From Candidatus Latescibacterota bacterium (lineage in GTDB: Bacteria > Latescibacterota > UBA2968 > UBA8231): 64,000 nucleotides of DNA. The DNA lies in NCBI GenBank assembly GCA_963422735.1, contig OY730476.1, positions 2,784,001-2,848,000 of the forward strand, in the 5' to 3' direction. This document shows, in pieces, positions 50,247-61,286 of the stretch (within the stretch, counting starts at the first letter, position 1; every line of letters starts with the position of its first letter). The notes below the pieces were generated by a model. It had not been told where the DNA came from. It did no database searches and saw nothing but the letters and a program-made list of their open reading frames with translations. The position numbers and the translations under genes are program-made.

Positions 50247-50892
50247 ACCCACAGCGGCCTCGCGTGACGTCGATCCTGCGAAGGCTCGGGCGATCATTGA
50301 GGCCCTTCTGCTGACGGCGACCGAGCCGGTGACCCCGGGCCGCCTCGTCCACCTGCTCGCCGGGTACAACGGCCGCGATATCCGCGAGGCCATCGACGCG
50401 CTCAACGCCCAGTACGAAGCGGCCGGGCACGGGATCGAAGTCGTCGAACTAGCGGGCGGCTATCAGCTCGCCTCGCGCCAAGAATGCGGACCTTGGCTGC
50501 GCAAGTATCACAAGACCTCGCGCCAAGTGCGCCTCTCGTCGGCGGGCCTCGAAGTCCTCGCCATCGTCGCCTTCAAGCAGCCAGTAACCCGCGTCGAGAT
50601 CGACAACATTCGCGGCGTTAGCTCGGCCAGCGTGTTGCAAACGCTGATGGAACTCAACATGGTCCGCCTCGCCGGCCGCTCCGAGGGCATTGGCAAGCCC
50701 ATGCTCTTTGGCACGACCCGAGAATTTTTGGTCCATTTTGGTCTGAGGGGCTTGGGCGAGTTGCCCAAGCCCAAGGAATTAGAAGAGCTACTCGCCGAAG
50801 GCCAGCAGCCGACCGCAGCCCGCCAGCTCGCCTCCGAGCTGGACGAGTTGCAAAAGCAGGCGGAGGAAGGGGACGAAGGTGAACGTTCCTGA
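50236..50892 (+). CDS. scpB: Segregation and condensation protein B
   Basis: IEALL, LEVLAIVAFKQPVTR, FGTTREFL. Confidence 0.95.
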   Translation: MTHEPTAASRDVDPAKARAIIEALLLTATEPVTPGRLVHLLAGYNGRDIREAIDALNAQYEAAGHGIEVVELAGGYQLASRQECGPWLRKYHKTSRQVRLSSAGLEVLAIVAFKQPVTRVEIDNIRGVSSASVLQTLMELNMVRLAGRSEGIGKPMLFGTTREFLVHFGLRGLGELPKPKELEELLAEGQQPTAARQLASELDELQKQAEEGDEGERS

Positions 50893-51628
50893 GCCGCAAA
50901 TGCGCCTCAATCGCTTCTTGGCCCGCTGCGGCGTGGCCTCGCGCCGCCACAGCGATGCACTGATACAAAGCGGCGCGGTGCGCGTCAACGGCGAGGTCGT
51001 CGCCGAGCCAGGCCGAGTAATCGCCGTGAGTGCCGACCGAGTCGAGTGCCGCGGCCGGATCCTCGCCCTGCCCGGCCAGTATGAATATGTGCTTTTGCAC
51101 AAACCGGTCGGATATCTAGTCACCCGCAGCGACCCACGCGACCGGCCCACGGTCTTTGACCTCTTGCCCGACCTCCACCCAGGCACCGTGCCCGTGGGTC
51201 GTCTCGACCTCGATACAACCGGGCTTTTGCTGCTGACCGACGACGGTGCCCTCGGCCATCGGCTGCTGCACCCGCGCTTTCTCGTCGCCAAACGCTACGA
51301 GGCCATCGTCAGCGGCGACCCGCACGAGGACCAGCTCGGCCGGCTGCGCGAAGGCATCGCACTCGGCGACGGACCCACAGCACCGGCTCAGGTACAAGTC
51401 GAGGATCGCTGGAGTAGCGGTTGGACCAAGCAGGCGCGGCTGACCCTTTGCATTCACGAGGGGCGCAAGCGCCAAGTCCGCCGCATGCTCCGCGCCGTCG
51501 GCTACCCGGTTCGGCAATTGACGCGGGTCGAATTTGCCGGGCTGACTCTCGGCCCGCTCGCCGCCGGCCAGCACCGCCGCCTCAGCCCCGGAGAGGCCCG
51601 TCGCCTCAAAGCCGAGGTCGGCTTGTGA
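50879..51628 (+). CDS. rluB: 23S rRNA pseudouridine synthase (RluB/RsuA family)
   Basis: S4 domain, HKPVG, VGRLD, EGRKRQVRRM. Confidence 0.88.
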   Translation: MNVPEPQMRLNRFLARCGVASRRHSDALIQSGAVRVNGEVVAEPGRVIAVSADRVECRGRILALPGQYEYVLLHKPVGYLVTRSDPRDRPTVFDLLPDLHPGTVPVGRLDLDTTGLLLLTDDGALGHRLLHPRFLVAKRYEAIVSGDPHEDQLGRLREGIALGDGPTAPAQVQVEDRWSSGWTKQARLTLCIHEGRKRQVRRMLRAVGYPVRQLTRVEFAGLTLGPLAAGQHRRLSPGEARRLKAEVGL

Positions 51629-52296
51629 AGCGACGCGGGCTAGTCATCGCCATTGATGGCACCATCGGTACCGGCAAAACAACCACGGCGCGGAGAGTGG
51701 CCCAGCGGCTGGGCTATCGCCACCTCGACACCGGGGCCATGTACCGAGCCGTAACCTTAGCAGCAATCCGTCGTGGGGTGAAACCTGCGGCCGCGGCCGC
51801 GCTGGAGGACCTATTGGCGACCTCGACCATAGATTTGGACTCTGGCCGGGGGCACGTCCTGCTCGACGGACAGGACATAAGCGAAGCCATTCGCCGGCCC
51901 GAGGTCACCCGCCGAGTGGGTGCGTACGCAGACCTGCCTTTGGTGCGCCACTGCTTGGTCGCCCAACAGCAGCGGTTGGGCCAGTGGGGCGGCGTAGTTG
52001 CCGAAGGACGCGACATAGCCGCGGTAGTCTTTCCCGACGCCGAGCTAAAAATCGCCTTGGTGGCCGACCTCGATGAGCGTACCCGGCGGCGGCATCGGGA
52101 ATTGACCGCCAAAGGAGTATGCATCACATTGGAGCAAGTCCGGTCCGATATCCAAACTCGAGATCGGGAGGACGCCGTGCGCGACTACGGAGGTATGAGC
52201 GCAACGGCCGAGATCGTCGAGATCGACACGACGCGCATGACTTTGGAAGACCAAGTCGATTGCGTCGTCGCATTGGCCCGCCAACGCGGAGTCTAA
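51625..52296 (+). CDS. cmk: Cytidylate kinase
   Basis: IAIDG..GTGKTT, LDTGAMYR, AEGRDI. Confidence 0.95.
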   Translation: MKRRGLVIAIDGTIGTGKTTTARRVAQRLGYRHLDTGAMYRAVTLAAIRRGVKPAAAAALEDLLATSTIDLDSGRGHVLLDGQDISEAIRRPEVTRRVGAYADLPLVRHCLVAQQQRLGQWGGVVAEGRDIAAVVFPDAELKIALVADLDERTRRRHRELTAKGVCITLEQVRSDIQTRDREDAVRDYGGMSATAEIVEIDTTRMTLEDQVDCVVALARQRGV

Positions 52297-52388
52297 GTAA
52301 TATCTAACGCTGGCGCGGAAAGGCCGCGCCGGTATCACACCACGCGAAGTGTGTGCTTCGTTTTAACCTTTTTGAGGCTCTGTGCAAC

Positions 52389-54191
52389 ATGACTGAGGAA
52401 ACCACAGTAACAGAAGAGCAACAAGAAGCTCCTGTGTACGGCAACGTCAGCGTCGAGGAGCTGGAAAAGCCCGAGTACGACCAAGCCCAATTCGACGAAT
52501 TCATGGCCCTCTACGAGGAGAGCATCTCCGGCATCAAAGAGGGCCAGATCGTCAAAGGCACGGTCGTCTCAATCGGCCCCAGTGAGGTGATGGTAGATAT
52601 CGGCTTCAAGTCCGAAGGTGCGGTGTCGGTCAAGGAGTTTTCCGACCCCGAGTCCATTGAAAAAGGCCAAAAAATCGAGGTCTTCTTGGAGAACGTAGAA
52701 GACCAAGAGGGCCAAGTCGTGCTCTCCAAGCAGAAGGCCGACTTCATGCGGGTCTGGGATTTGATCAAGGATGCCCACGACACGGGCAACACCGTCGAAG
52801 GCCGGCTGATGCGGCGCATCAAGGGCGGCATCGTCGTCAATCTCTTCGGCGTCGAGGCCTTTCTGCCCGGCTCGCAGATCGACATCCGCCAAGTCAAGAA
52901 CTTCGACCAGTTCATCGGCCACCAGTTCCCCTTCAAGATCATCAAGCTCAACAAAGCGCGGCGCAACATCGTCGTCTCGCGCCGCGCCGTGTTAGAGGAA
53001 GAGCGCGCGAGGATGCGCGAGGATCTCGTCAAGGTGTTGGAGGAAGGCCAGACCCGCGAGGGCGTCGTCAAGAACATCACCGACTTCGGCGCCTTCATCG
53101 ACTTGGGCGGTGTCGATGGCCTCCTTCACATCACCGACATGTCTTGGGGGCGCGTCAACCACCCCTCGGAGTTGGTCTCCATCGGAGACCGCATCAAGGT
53201 GAAGGTGCTCAGCTACGATCGCAAGCGCGAGCGCATCTCCTTGGGACTGAAGCAGCTAACCCCCCATCCGTGGGAGAACATTGAGAAGAAGTACCCGATT
53301 GAGAGCCAAGTTCGCGGCAAGGTGGTCTCCATCACCGACTACGGCGCCTTCGTCGAGCTGGAGGAGGGCATCGAGGGCCTAGTCCACATCTCCGAGATGT
53401 CTTGGACCCAGCACGTGCGCCATCCTTCCAAGCTGGTCAACATCGGCGACATCGTCGAGGTGAAGGTGCTCAAGATCGACAGCGAAAACCAGAAGATCTC
53501 ACTCGGCATGAAGCAAACCGAGGACGATCCGTGGGATACCCTCGACGCCAAGTATCCCCCCGGCACCAAGATCGAAGGCACAGTGTGCAGCCTGACCAAC
53601 TTCGGGGCCTTCGTCGAAATCGAGGAAAACATCGACGGGCTAGTCCACATTTCGGATATGTCTTGGACCAAGCGCATTCGCCAAGCCAGCGAAATGTTCA
53701 AAAAGGGCGACGTGATTCCCGTGGTCGTCTCCGAAATCGACATCAAGCGCCGCCGCATCTCGCTCAGCCACAAGGATGCCTTTGAAAACCCCTGGCCTCG
53801 CTTCGCCGAGCAGTTCGCGGTGGGTGTCGAGAGCCGGGGCACGATCTCGCGGATCCTCGAGCGCGGCGTCGTCGTCTTGCTCGTCGATGAAGTCGATGGG
53901 TTCGTGCCGCTGTCGCATTTGGCCATCGACGGGTTGCAGAGCCCGCGCCAGAGCTTTGCCGAAGGGCGGGAGCTTCCACTAGAGGTCATCGAGTTCGACA
54001 AGAACCAGAAAAAGATCGTGCTCAGCGTACGCGAGTACTTCAAGGACAAAGACCAAGCCGAGTACGAAGCCTACTTAGCCGAGCATCCCGTTCAAGAGGT
54101 CGCTGTCGAGGTCGCCGCCGAGGTCGCCGCCGACAAGGACGACGAAATGGAGAGCTGGGGAGACGCCCACGACGAGCAAGACGCGTCGTAA
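52389..54191 (+). CDS. rpsA: 30S ribosomal protein S1
   Basis: Repeated S1 domains (DFGAFIDLGGVDGLLHITDMSW). Confidence 0.98.
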   Translation: MTEETTVTEEQQEAPVYGNVSVEELEKPEYDQAQFDEFMALYEESISGIKEGQIVKGTVVSIGPSEVMVDIGFKSEGAVSVKEFSDPESIEKGQKIEVFLENVEDQEGQVVLSKQKADFMRVWDLIKDAHDTGNTVEGRLMRRIKGGIVVNLFGVEAFLPGSQIDIRQVKNFDQFIGHQFPFKIIKLNKARRNIVVSRRAVLEEERARMREDLVKVLEEGQTREGVVKNITDFGAFIDLGGVDGLLHITDMSWGRVNHPSELVSIGDRIKVKVLSYDRKRERISLGLKQLTPHPWENIEKKYPIESQVRGKVVSITDYGAFVELEEGIEGLVHISEMSWTQHVRHPSKLVNIGDIVEVKVLKIDSENQKISLGMKQTEDDPWDTLDAKYPPGTKIEGTVCSLTNFGAFVEIEENIDGLVHISDMSWTKRIRQASEMFKKGDVIPVVVSEIDIKRRRISLSHKDAFENPWPRFAEQFAVGVESRGTISRILERGVVVLLVDEVDGFVPLSHLAIDGLQSPRQSFAEGRELPLEVIEFDKNQKKIVLSVREYFKDKDQAEYEAYLAEHPVQEVAVEVAAEVAADKDDEMESWGDAHDEQDAS

Positions 54192-54210
54192 GCCCCGCAG
54201 CAACAACCAA

Positions 54211-54252
54211 GCGCGGTGGGACGAAAGATCGTTCCGCCGCGTTTTTATTTTT
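54211..54252 (+). terminator. Rho-independent terminator after rpsA
   Basis: gcggtgggacga-aaga-tcgttccgccgc followed by a T-tract. Confidence 0.8.
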
Positions 54253-54283
54253 GCCAACCCCAACCCACGAACCCGCCCACACC

Positions 54284-56905
54284 ATGCCATCGAGAACCAA
54301 ACTCACTCCGGCGATGGAGCAGTATATGCACTTTAAGCGTCAGCACCCCGACGCGATTCTCTTCTTCCGCATGGGCGACTTCTACGAGATGTTCTGCGAC
54401 GACGCCAAAGAGGCTGCCCGCTTGCTGGGCCTCACCCTGACCTCGCGCCCGGCCGGCAAATCCGGCGACCTGCCCCTTGCCGGCGTACCCCATCACGCCA
54501 TGGAAGGCTATCTGGCCAAACTCATCCAGCTCGGGCGCAAGGTCGCCATCTGCGAGCAGGTCGAAGATCCCAAAAAGGCCAAGGGCGTGGTCAAGCGCGA
54601 CGTAGTCGAGGTCGTCTCCCCGGGTACGGCACTCTCCGACACCATGCTCGACCAACAGCGCAACAACTTTCTCGTCGGCCTCTGCGCTCACTCCGACCAC
54701 GTCGGCCTCGCCAGCGTCGATTTGTCAACCGGGGACTTCGCGCTCGACGAGATCCCCAGCGGCGACCTCGCCGATGAGTTGGAGAGCCTAGGACCGGCCG
54801 AGCTGCTCATCGCCGAAGGTGCCGACGAACAGTGGGTCGCCACCCTGCAAGACGCCCTGCCGCACGTGGCGCTCAGCCGCCTCGCGGACTGGCACTTCGC
54901 CGCCGATACTGCGTACGAAACCCTCACCAGCCAGCTCCGAGTCCAGACGTTGAAAGGCTTTGGTTGCGAGGACATGGAGGCTGCCATCCGCGCCGGCGGG
55001 GCGACAGTGGCCTATTTGCGCGACAACCAACGCGGTGCGGTCGAGCATATCAACCGCCTCCAGCGCAAGCACCGCGAGCACTTTGCCCTCATTGACGCCA
55101 CGGCCCAGCGCAACCTAGAACTCCTCGCCAATCGCCAAGACGGGAGCCGCGCCAACACCTTACTCGAAATCCTCGACCGCACCCGCACTCCCATGGGTGC
55201 GCGTCTGTTGCGCCAATGGGTGGCCCAGCCACTCAAGGCCCCGCCCTTAATCATCGCCCGCTTAGAAGCCGTTGACGATCTCCTACACCAACGAGAAATC
55301 CGCCGTACCCTCGGCCAATGCCTAGAACAAGTCGGCGACCTAGAGCGGCTGATCGCGCGGATCTGCTGTCTGCGGGCCAACGCACGCGACATGGTGGCCC
55401 TCGCCCGCTCGCTCAACGTCGCGCCTGCCATTGGCACCGCGCTATCCTCGGCACAGAGCGCACTTCTGCAAGAATTATGCTCCAAGGGGCTACCCGACGT
55501 CAGAGCGTTGGTCTCCGAAATCCTCGGTGCCCTAGTCGACGCGCCCCCAGCGACTCTGACCGACGGCGGCCTAATCCGCGACAGCTACCACCCGGATGTT
55601 GATGATCTGCGGCAGATCGCCCGCGGCGGCAAGGACTACATCGCTCGCTTGCAGGCCACCGAGCGCGAGCGCACCGGCATTGCCTCGCTCAAGATCGGCT
55701 ACAACCAAGTCTTTGGTTACTACATTGAAATCAGCAAGGCCAACCTCGACAAAACCCCCGCCGAGTACCATCGCAAACAGACCTTGACCAACGCCGAGCG
55801 CTTCATCACGCCCGAGCTAAAGGAGTACGAGGAAAAGGTTCTGGGGGCCGAGGACCGCCTCAAAGAGCTGGAGAACGAATTGTTCTTAGCTCTGCGCGCC
55901 CGCGCCGCCGGCTGGACACCCCAAGTCCAACAGATCGCCCGCGCCATCGCACGCATCGACGTGCTGTATTCCCTCGCCGAAGTCGCCGAGAGTGAATCGT
56001 ACACCCGACCCCAAGTTGATGACGGCCAGCTAATCGAAATCCGCGACGGCCGCCATCCGGTCGTCGCGCGCCAGATCCGCACGGGCAGCTTCGTGCCCAA
56101 CGATGTGCGCCTCGACGCCAACGGGGCGCAGATCATGCTCATCACCGGCCCGAATATGGCCGGCAAGAGCACCATCATCCGCCAAGTGGGTCTCATCGCG
56201 CTGATGGCGCAGATGGGCAGCTTCGTCCCCGTGCGCCAAGCCACCATCGGCGTCGTCGATCGCATCTTCACCCGCGTGGGCGCGTCCGACAACCTCGCCG
56301 GTGGCGAGAGCACCTTCATGGTAGAGATGCACGAGGCAGCCAATATCCTCAACAACGCCACCAGCCGCAGCTTGCTCCTCATAGACGAGCTTGGCCGCGG
56401 CACTAGCACCTTCGACGGCCTGAGCATTGCCTGGGCCATTGTCGAATACTTGCACCAGCACCGCGAGGTCCACCCGCGCACCCTCTTTGCCACGCACTAC
56501 CACGAGATGACCGAACTCGAAAGCCACCTAGAGCGGGTCGTCAACTTCAACGTTCAGGTGCGCGAAGAGGGCGACCGCGTAGTGTTCCTCCACCGCCTAG
56601 CCCCGGGGTCTGCCGACCAAAGCTATGGTATCAACGTCGCGCAGATGGCCGGGATGCCGACCCAAGTTGTCGTGCGCGCCCAAGAGATTCTCGCCCGCCT
56701 CGAAAAGGACCAGATCGACACCACGGACATCCACCGCCCGGACGCGCCCTCGCCGGTTCCTCGACCTCAGCTCGATCTCTTCCCCGCGCCTGCGGACGCG
56801 CCGTGGGTGGCGGAGTTGCGGAGCATGGACCTCAGCCAGATTACGCCGCTTCAGGCGTTGCTCAAGCTGAACGAATGGAAAGAGAAGATGGAGCGTGGAG
56901 AGTGA
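54284..56905 (+). CDS. mutS: DNA mismatch repair protein MutS
   Basis: FFRMGDFYEMF, TGPNMAGKST, STFMVEM, DELGRGTST, ATHYHE. Confidence 0.98.
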   Translation: MPSRTKLTPAMEQYMHFKRQHPDAILFFRMGDFYEMFCDDAKEAARLLGLTLTSRPAGKSGDLPLAGVPHHAMEGYLAKLIQLGRKVAICEQVEDPKKAKGVVKRDVVEVVSPGTALSDTMLDQQRNNFLVGLCAHSDHVGLASVDLSTGDFALDEIPSGDLADELESLGPAELLIAEGADEQWVATLQDALPHVALSRLADWHFAADTAYETLTSQLRVQTLKGFGCEDMEAAIRAGGATVAYLRDNQRGAVEHINRLQRKHREHFALIDATAQRNLELLANRQDGSRANTLLEILDRTRTPMGARLLRQWVAQPLKAPPLIIARLEAVDDLLHQREIRRTLGQCLEQVGDLERLIARICCLRANARDMVALARSLNVAPAIGTALSSAQSALLQELCSKGLPDVRALVSEILGALVDAPPATLTDGGLIRDSYHPDVDDLRQIARGGKDYIARLQATERERTGIASLKIGYNQVFGYYIEISKANLDKTPAEYHRKQTLTNAERFITPELKEYEEKVLGAEDRLKELENELFLALRARAAGWTPQVQQIARAIARIDVLYSLAEVAESESYTRPQVDDGQLIEIRDGRHPVVARQIRTGSFVPNDVRLDANGAQIMLITGPNMAGKSTIIRQVGLIALMAQMGSFVPVRQATIGVVDRIFTRVGASDNLAGGESTFMVEMHEAANILNNATSRSLLLIDELGRGTSTFDGLSIAWAIVEYLHQHREVHPRTLFATHYHEMTELESHLERVVNFNVQVREEGDRVVFLHRLAPGSADQSYGINVAQMAGMPTQVVVRAQEILARLEKDQIDTTDIHRPDAPSPVPRPQLDLFPAPADAPWVAELRSMDLSQITPLQALLKLNEWKEKMERGE

Positions 56906-56985
56906 TGAAGACGGCTGCCTTGGCCCAGCTAGCTGGAAGAGAGAACGCGATGATCTGGTTTGTCAAGAAGTGATTCTCACGCAGA

Positions 56986-57515
56986 GTGAACCCGCCATCA
57001 AAAGCTAAAAGCGCACCGGCGGACGAGACGGCGACAGACAATGCTAGCCCAACGCCCAGTGAGCAATCGACACCCAGCGAACCGACTGCCAAGCCGGCGG
57101 TACCTGCCCCAGACGAGATCGAAATTCAGCACCGCTTCAACGAACGCCAACGGGAGCTTCTGGATTACCGGGCGAAGTCCATTAACTGGTGGATCACCGC
57201 CACAGCTATATTCCTTATGTCTCTTGGCGTTATCGGAACCATCATTGGTTACATAGGCTTCAGCAGCACTTCATGCATGATCCATTCTGAACGCTGTCCT
57301 CGCGCTTCCCTACACCTTCGTGATGCCCGACACGTACGGCTGCGGCTTTCCGGGAGCGACAAGAAAATGCTCGCGACAGCGGGCTGGAGGTACGCGAACT
57401 GCCGGGGGCAGCCGCAACCCGAGCAGCGGCGCATTTCAACCAGCACAAACGCCTTACGCTCAATGACTGCTTCGCGCTCGCGCTCGCGCAAGACATCTGC
57501 TCACCGGCGACGATC
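56986..57515 (+). pseudogene. Degraded region: membrane-protein N-terminus followed by a PIN-domain remnant
   Basis: TM segment WWITATAIFL..; in shifted frames LTLNDCFALALAQD and LLTGD (PIN motifs). Confidence 0.4.
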
Positions 57516-57801
57516 TCCGAACGAAACGGAATCGAGTATGGGTAACAGATGAGTCGCATCCCCGCGCAAACTGTACGACGCGCTGCGGCTTGCACAATGC
57601 CCTCTGGTGTTTCTGCCAGACGACGAAATTCTGCGCCGCATTAGGCGTATAGCGAGGCTTCTTTAGGAAAATTTTTCAATTGGACGCATACTAAACGTAC
57701 AATCAGCCGCCTCGATATTTACAATTAGCCGATAGCCGATCTCAGAGATCTGATTGTACCCACGCTTTGCCAACGCAGATCGACCTGCTTCCAGTGCCTT
57801 C

Positions 57802-58545
57802 ATGTCCGATAAACAGACACCCGACGACCTGATTTGGGGTCGCCACCCCGTGCTCGAAGCCCTGCGCGCCGAGCACCCCTTGCGCCGCCTGCTCGTCGCC
57901 AAGGGCGCACACGGCCCCGTCATCGACGAAATTTTCGCCCGTGCGCGGCAGGCCCACATTCCCTATGATCTGCGCGACAAGGCACAGCTCGACCGCCTCG
58001 CCGGCCCCCGCCACCAAAGCGTCGTCGCTTACGCGGCGGCCGCGCCGTACGCAGACTTTGACCACGTGCTTGCCCACCTGCCGACCTCGGCCCTGCTCCT
58101 CTTTCTCGACCAAGTACAGGATCCCCACAACCTCGGCGCCATCATCCGCAGCGCCCATGCGCTCGGTGCTCAGGGCGTAGTCGTACCAGCCCGCGAAGCT
58201 GCCGGCCTCTCTCCAGCCGCGCTCAAGGCCGCAGCCGGTGCGGCCCAGCACCTGTCCGTCTGCCGAGTTGACAACCTGCAAAAGGCCCTACAAAAAGCCG
58301 CGGCCTGTGGGCTTTTCATCGCCGGACTCGACGCCCGAGGCGAACAGCCCTTGACGGCCGCGGACTTTGCCCAATCCTGCGCCCTAGTCATTGGCAGCGA
58401 GGGCAAGGGGCTGCGGCGCATGGTGCAGAAGCGCTGCGACGCACTCTTGCACATCCCCATGCAGCGCGAAGCCATCGGCTCGCTCAACGCCTCTGTGGCC
58501 GCCGGCATCGCCCTGTACGAAGTACTGCGCCAGCGCCAGTCATGA
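57802..58545 (+). CDS. rlmB: 23S rRNA Gm2251 methyltransferase (TrmH family)
   Basis: GRHPVLEAL, DPHNLGAIIRS, GSEGKG, SLNASVA. Confidence 0.93.
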   Translation: MSDKQTPDDLIWGRHPVLEALRAEHPLRRLLVAKGAHGPVIDEIFARARQAHIPYDLRDKAQLDRLAGPRHQSVVAYAAAAPYADFDHVLAHLPTSALLLFLDQVQDPHNLGAIIRSAHALGAQGVVVPAREAAGLSPAALKAAAGAAQHLSVCRVDNLQKALQKAAACGLFIAGLDARGEQPLTAADFAQSCALVIGSEGKGLRRMVQKRCDALLHIPMQREAIGSLNASVAAGIALYEVLRQRQS

Positions 58546-60947
58546 TCGGCCTGCTGGTCCTCTGCCTAGCTCTCGCCCATCCGCGAGGCAGCGAGGCGTC
58601 CGAGATCCAACTGCAACAGGCCCGCTCCCTGCTGACCCAAGCCAAAGGCCAAGGTTTTGCATACCAAGCCACCTATATGCACTACTACGAGATCGGCGAC
58701 TCGCTCCTGTTGCAGGGACAGGCCCGCGTCTCGCACAAGGGCGCTCAGCTAGAGGCCGCCGAAATCGTCTTCCGCCGCGCCCTTGACCAAGTCGAAGCGC
58801 GGGCGACCCTCGATTCGAGTGGGCGTGTCGTCGGCCGCCCGGTACTACGCAAAGGCGACCAAACCCTGCGCGGCGAGCGCATCCTCTACGACCTATCCAC
58901 CGAGCAAGGAACCATCCTCAAAGGCAAGATCCACCGCGATAAGGGATTTTACGCCGGACGCTTGATACAGACCCTCAGCGGCACCGAGTTCCGAGTACAC
59001 CAAGGCTCGTACACCACATGCGACGCCGACCCCCCGCACTTTGACTTCTACAGCCCGCGGATCAAGGTCTTAGCCGGCGACATGGCCGTGGCGCGCCCTG
59101 TGTATTTCCGCATCAAAGAGCGGCGGCTGTTGTGGATTCCCTTCTACGTATTCTCGCTGCGTGAAGACCGCCAGACCGGGCTTTTGACGCCGAGTTTTGG
59201 GCAACGCGCCCTTAGATTTGGGGCGCTTCAAAGCGAGTGGGAACTGCGCAACTTGGGCTACTATCTCGCGCCCAACGACTATTGGGACCTATCCCTAGCA
59301 GCCGACCTGCGGCAGCGCTCGGGCTGGCTAGGGCGCGCCCGCCTCAACTACGCCGCACGCTACCGATTTAGAGGGCACGTCAGCACCCAGTTCGAAAACC
59401 GCCAAGAGGGCCGCACGGCCGCGCACAACTGGCGGCTGGAACTCAGGCACAGCCAAGAGCTAGGCCGCGACGCGAGCTTGCGGGCCAACGGCACCTTCCA
59501 GAGCAACAACAGCTTTGCCCAAGACAATAGCGCGAGTCTCCAAGACCGCCTCAACCGCACCCTGCGCTCCAACCTCAGCTACTCTCGGCGGTGGCGCGGC
59601 TCGGGCAACAGCTTCGGCCTGAAAGCAAGCCAAACCAAAAATCTCGACACCGAGACGTTCTCCACCATTCTGCCCGAACTCAGTCTGCGCAAAAGCCGCA
59701 AGCCGATTTGGGGCCGAGCGGGCCAAAGCCGTCAAAGCCGCCAAAACCTCCCCTGGTACAGTCGCATGTACTACGACGGCAACGCCAGCCTGCGCAACAC
59801 TCGGCGCGGTACTCGCACGGACACGACCAGCCAAACCAGCGCTCAAGTAAGCTGGCGCGTCAGCGCGCAGTACCGTCCCTTCTCTTGGTTCAATTTTAGC
59901 CCGGCACTCAACCAAGACTGGCGCGACCAAGATCTGCGCGAGAGCGCAACCCGCAGTCGGCGCAGCGACCGCTTCTCGACCCGCGCGGCCCTGAGCCAGA
60001 CCTTCTACGGGCTTTTCAACCCGTCCATCGGCCCGCTTCAAGCCCTGCGCCACGTGCTCAAACCCAGCATCTCGTTCAACTATCAAGCCTCCCGCGCCGA
60101 CACCGGCGGCGTCTTGGGCTTTGGCGGCGACGGCAGCCGGCTCCAACACCGGCGGACATTGAACTTGCGCCTCGACAACACCTTCTGGGCCAAAATCCTG
60201 CGCGAAGAAGAAGAGCAGAAAGTGCGACTAGTCCAGCTCAATTTCTCTACGGCCTATAAATTTGAGCAAAAGGAAAAGCGGCTAGACGACCTGCAAACGA
60301 CCCTAAGCGTCGAGGCAGGTCGCTACCTGAATTCGCGACTGACTTTGCGCCACAGGTTCTACGACGAGCAGAATCAACTGCATCTATTGGCACCGCGCCG
60401 CAGGCAGCTTGAAGTGCGGACCTCAGCTAGCTGGTCGCGGCGGTCGGGGAAGGCGCGCTCGGACGCCGCCTCCAGCCGCTACGGACAGGGTGATTTTGAC
60501 GCCTCCAGTCGCTACGGACAAAGCAGCTTCGGCACCGCCAGTCCCTACAGCCGAGAATCCTTCGGCTTTGAAAGCGGCCTCATGCACGACATCGACAACC
60601 GCCGTCGCGGCAGCCGCTTCCAGCTCAGCCACTACTTCTCGCACCGCCGCGCCACGACTACTAGCACCATTCGCTCTTGGGTACGGGCTGCGGCCGGCTT
60701 TAACTTGGGGTCGCGCTGGCATTGCAATTATTCGCTCAACTACAATCTACGTGCCCCGAGGACGCGGCTGTTGGCCATCAAGCGCATCACTTACGAACTG
60801 TTGTCCCTGCAAAAGGAATTCCACGACTGGACCGCAACTTTCAACATGCAACCAAGTACCTTCTACAAAAACCGGGCGTTCTTTTTTAAGGTGCAGTTGA
60901 AAGACATTCCGCAACTCAAACTCGAGCGCGGCCAGCGAAGATTCTAA
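58542..60947 (+). CDS. lptD: LPS-assembly protein LptD-like
   Basis: Signal peptide, OstA-like N-terminus, YTTCD..PH, beta-barrel, KEFHDW. Confidence 0.8.
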   Translation: MIGLLVLCLALAHPRGSEASEIQLQQARSLLTQAKGQGFAYQATYMHYYEIGDSLLLQGQARVSHKGAQLEAAEIVFRRALDQVEARATLDSSGRVVGRPVLRKGDQTLRGERILYDLSTEQGTILKGKIHRDKGFYAGRLIQTLSGTEFRVHQGSYTTCDADPPHFDFYSPRIKVLAGDMAVARPVYFRIKERRLLWIPFYVFSLREDRQTGLLTPSFGQRALRFGALQSEWELRNLGYYLAPNDYWDLSLAADLRQRSGWLGRARLNYAARYRFRGHVSTQFENRQEGRTAAHNWRLELRHSQELGRDASLRANGTFQSNNSFAQDNSASLQDRLNRTLRSNLSYSRRWRGSGNSFGLKASQTKNLDTETFSTILPELSLRKSRKPIWGRAGQSRQSRQNLPWYSRMYYDGNASLRNTRRGTRTDTTSQTSAQVSWRVSAQYRPFSWFNFSPALNQDWRDQDLRESATRSRRSDRFSTRAALSQTFYGLFNPSIGPLQALRHVLKPSISFNYQASRADTGGVLGFGGDGSRLQHRRTLNLRLDNTFWAKILREEEEQKVRLVQLNFSTAYKFEQKEKRLDDLQTTLSVEAGRYLNSRLTLRHRFYDEQNQLHLLAPRRRQLEVRTSASWSRRSGKARSDAASSRYGQGDFDASSRYGQSSFGTASPYSRESFGFESGLMHDIDNRRRGSRFQLSHYFSHRRATTTSTIRSWVRAAAGFNLGSRWHCNYSLNYNLRAPRTRLLAIKRITYELLSLQKEFHDWTATFNMQPSTFYKNRAFFFKVQLKDIPQLKLERGQRRF

Positions 60948-60989
60948 GAAGCAGTGGTTAGCCCCCACATCGCGCCCTGGGGGCTGAGT

Positions 60990-61286
60990 GAGCCAACGAC
61001 TCAAGCGGATTGGGTGGGCGGCTCTCGTTCGAGGCGGCCGACATTGACTTCGCGGAAGGCTTCGACGATCTGAACCGGGAGTTGGTGTGGCTCGGCAATG
61101 CAAGCGGCCATCTGCCGCACCCGCTGCATAGACAGCTGCGATGGGAAGCAGTGCGCGATAGGCGGCCGTGCAGCGAGCCTGTCGCCAGCCCAATGGCGTG
61201 AGGGGATAGTCCACAAGGCGATGGGAAAACTCGCCGGTCTGATTGGCGCGGTTTTTGCCGTGGCGCGCCAGCCACACCGCGTTCAT
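60990..61286 (-). pseudogene. Histidine phosphatase family remnant
   Basis: WLARHG, PLTPLGWRQA, then frameshift to FREVNVG and a stop. Confidence 0.65.
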
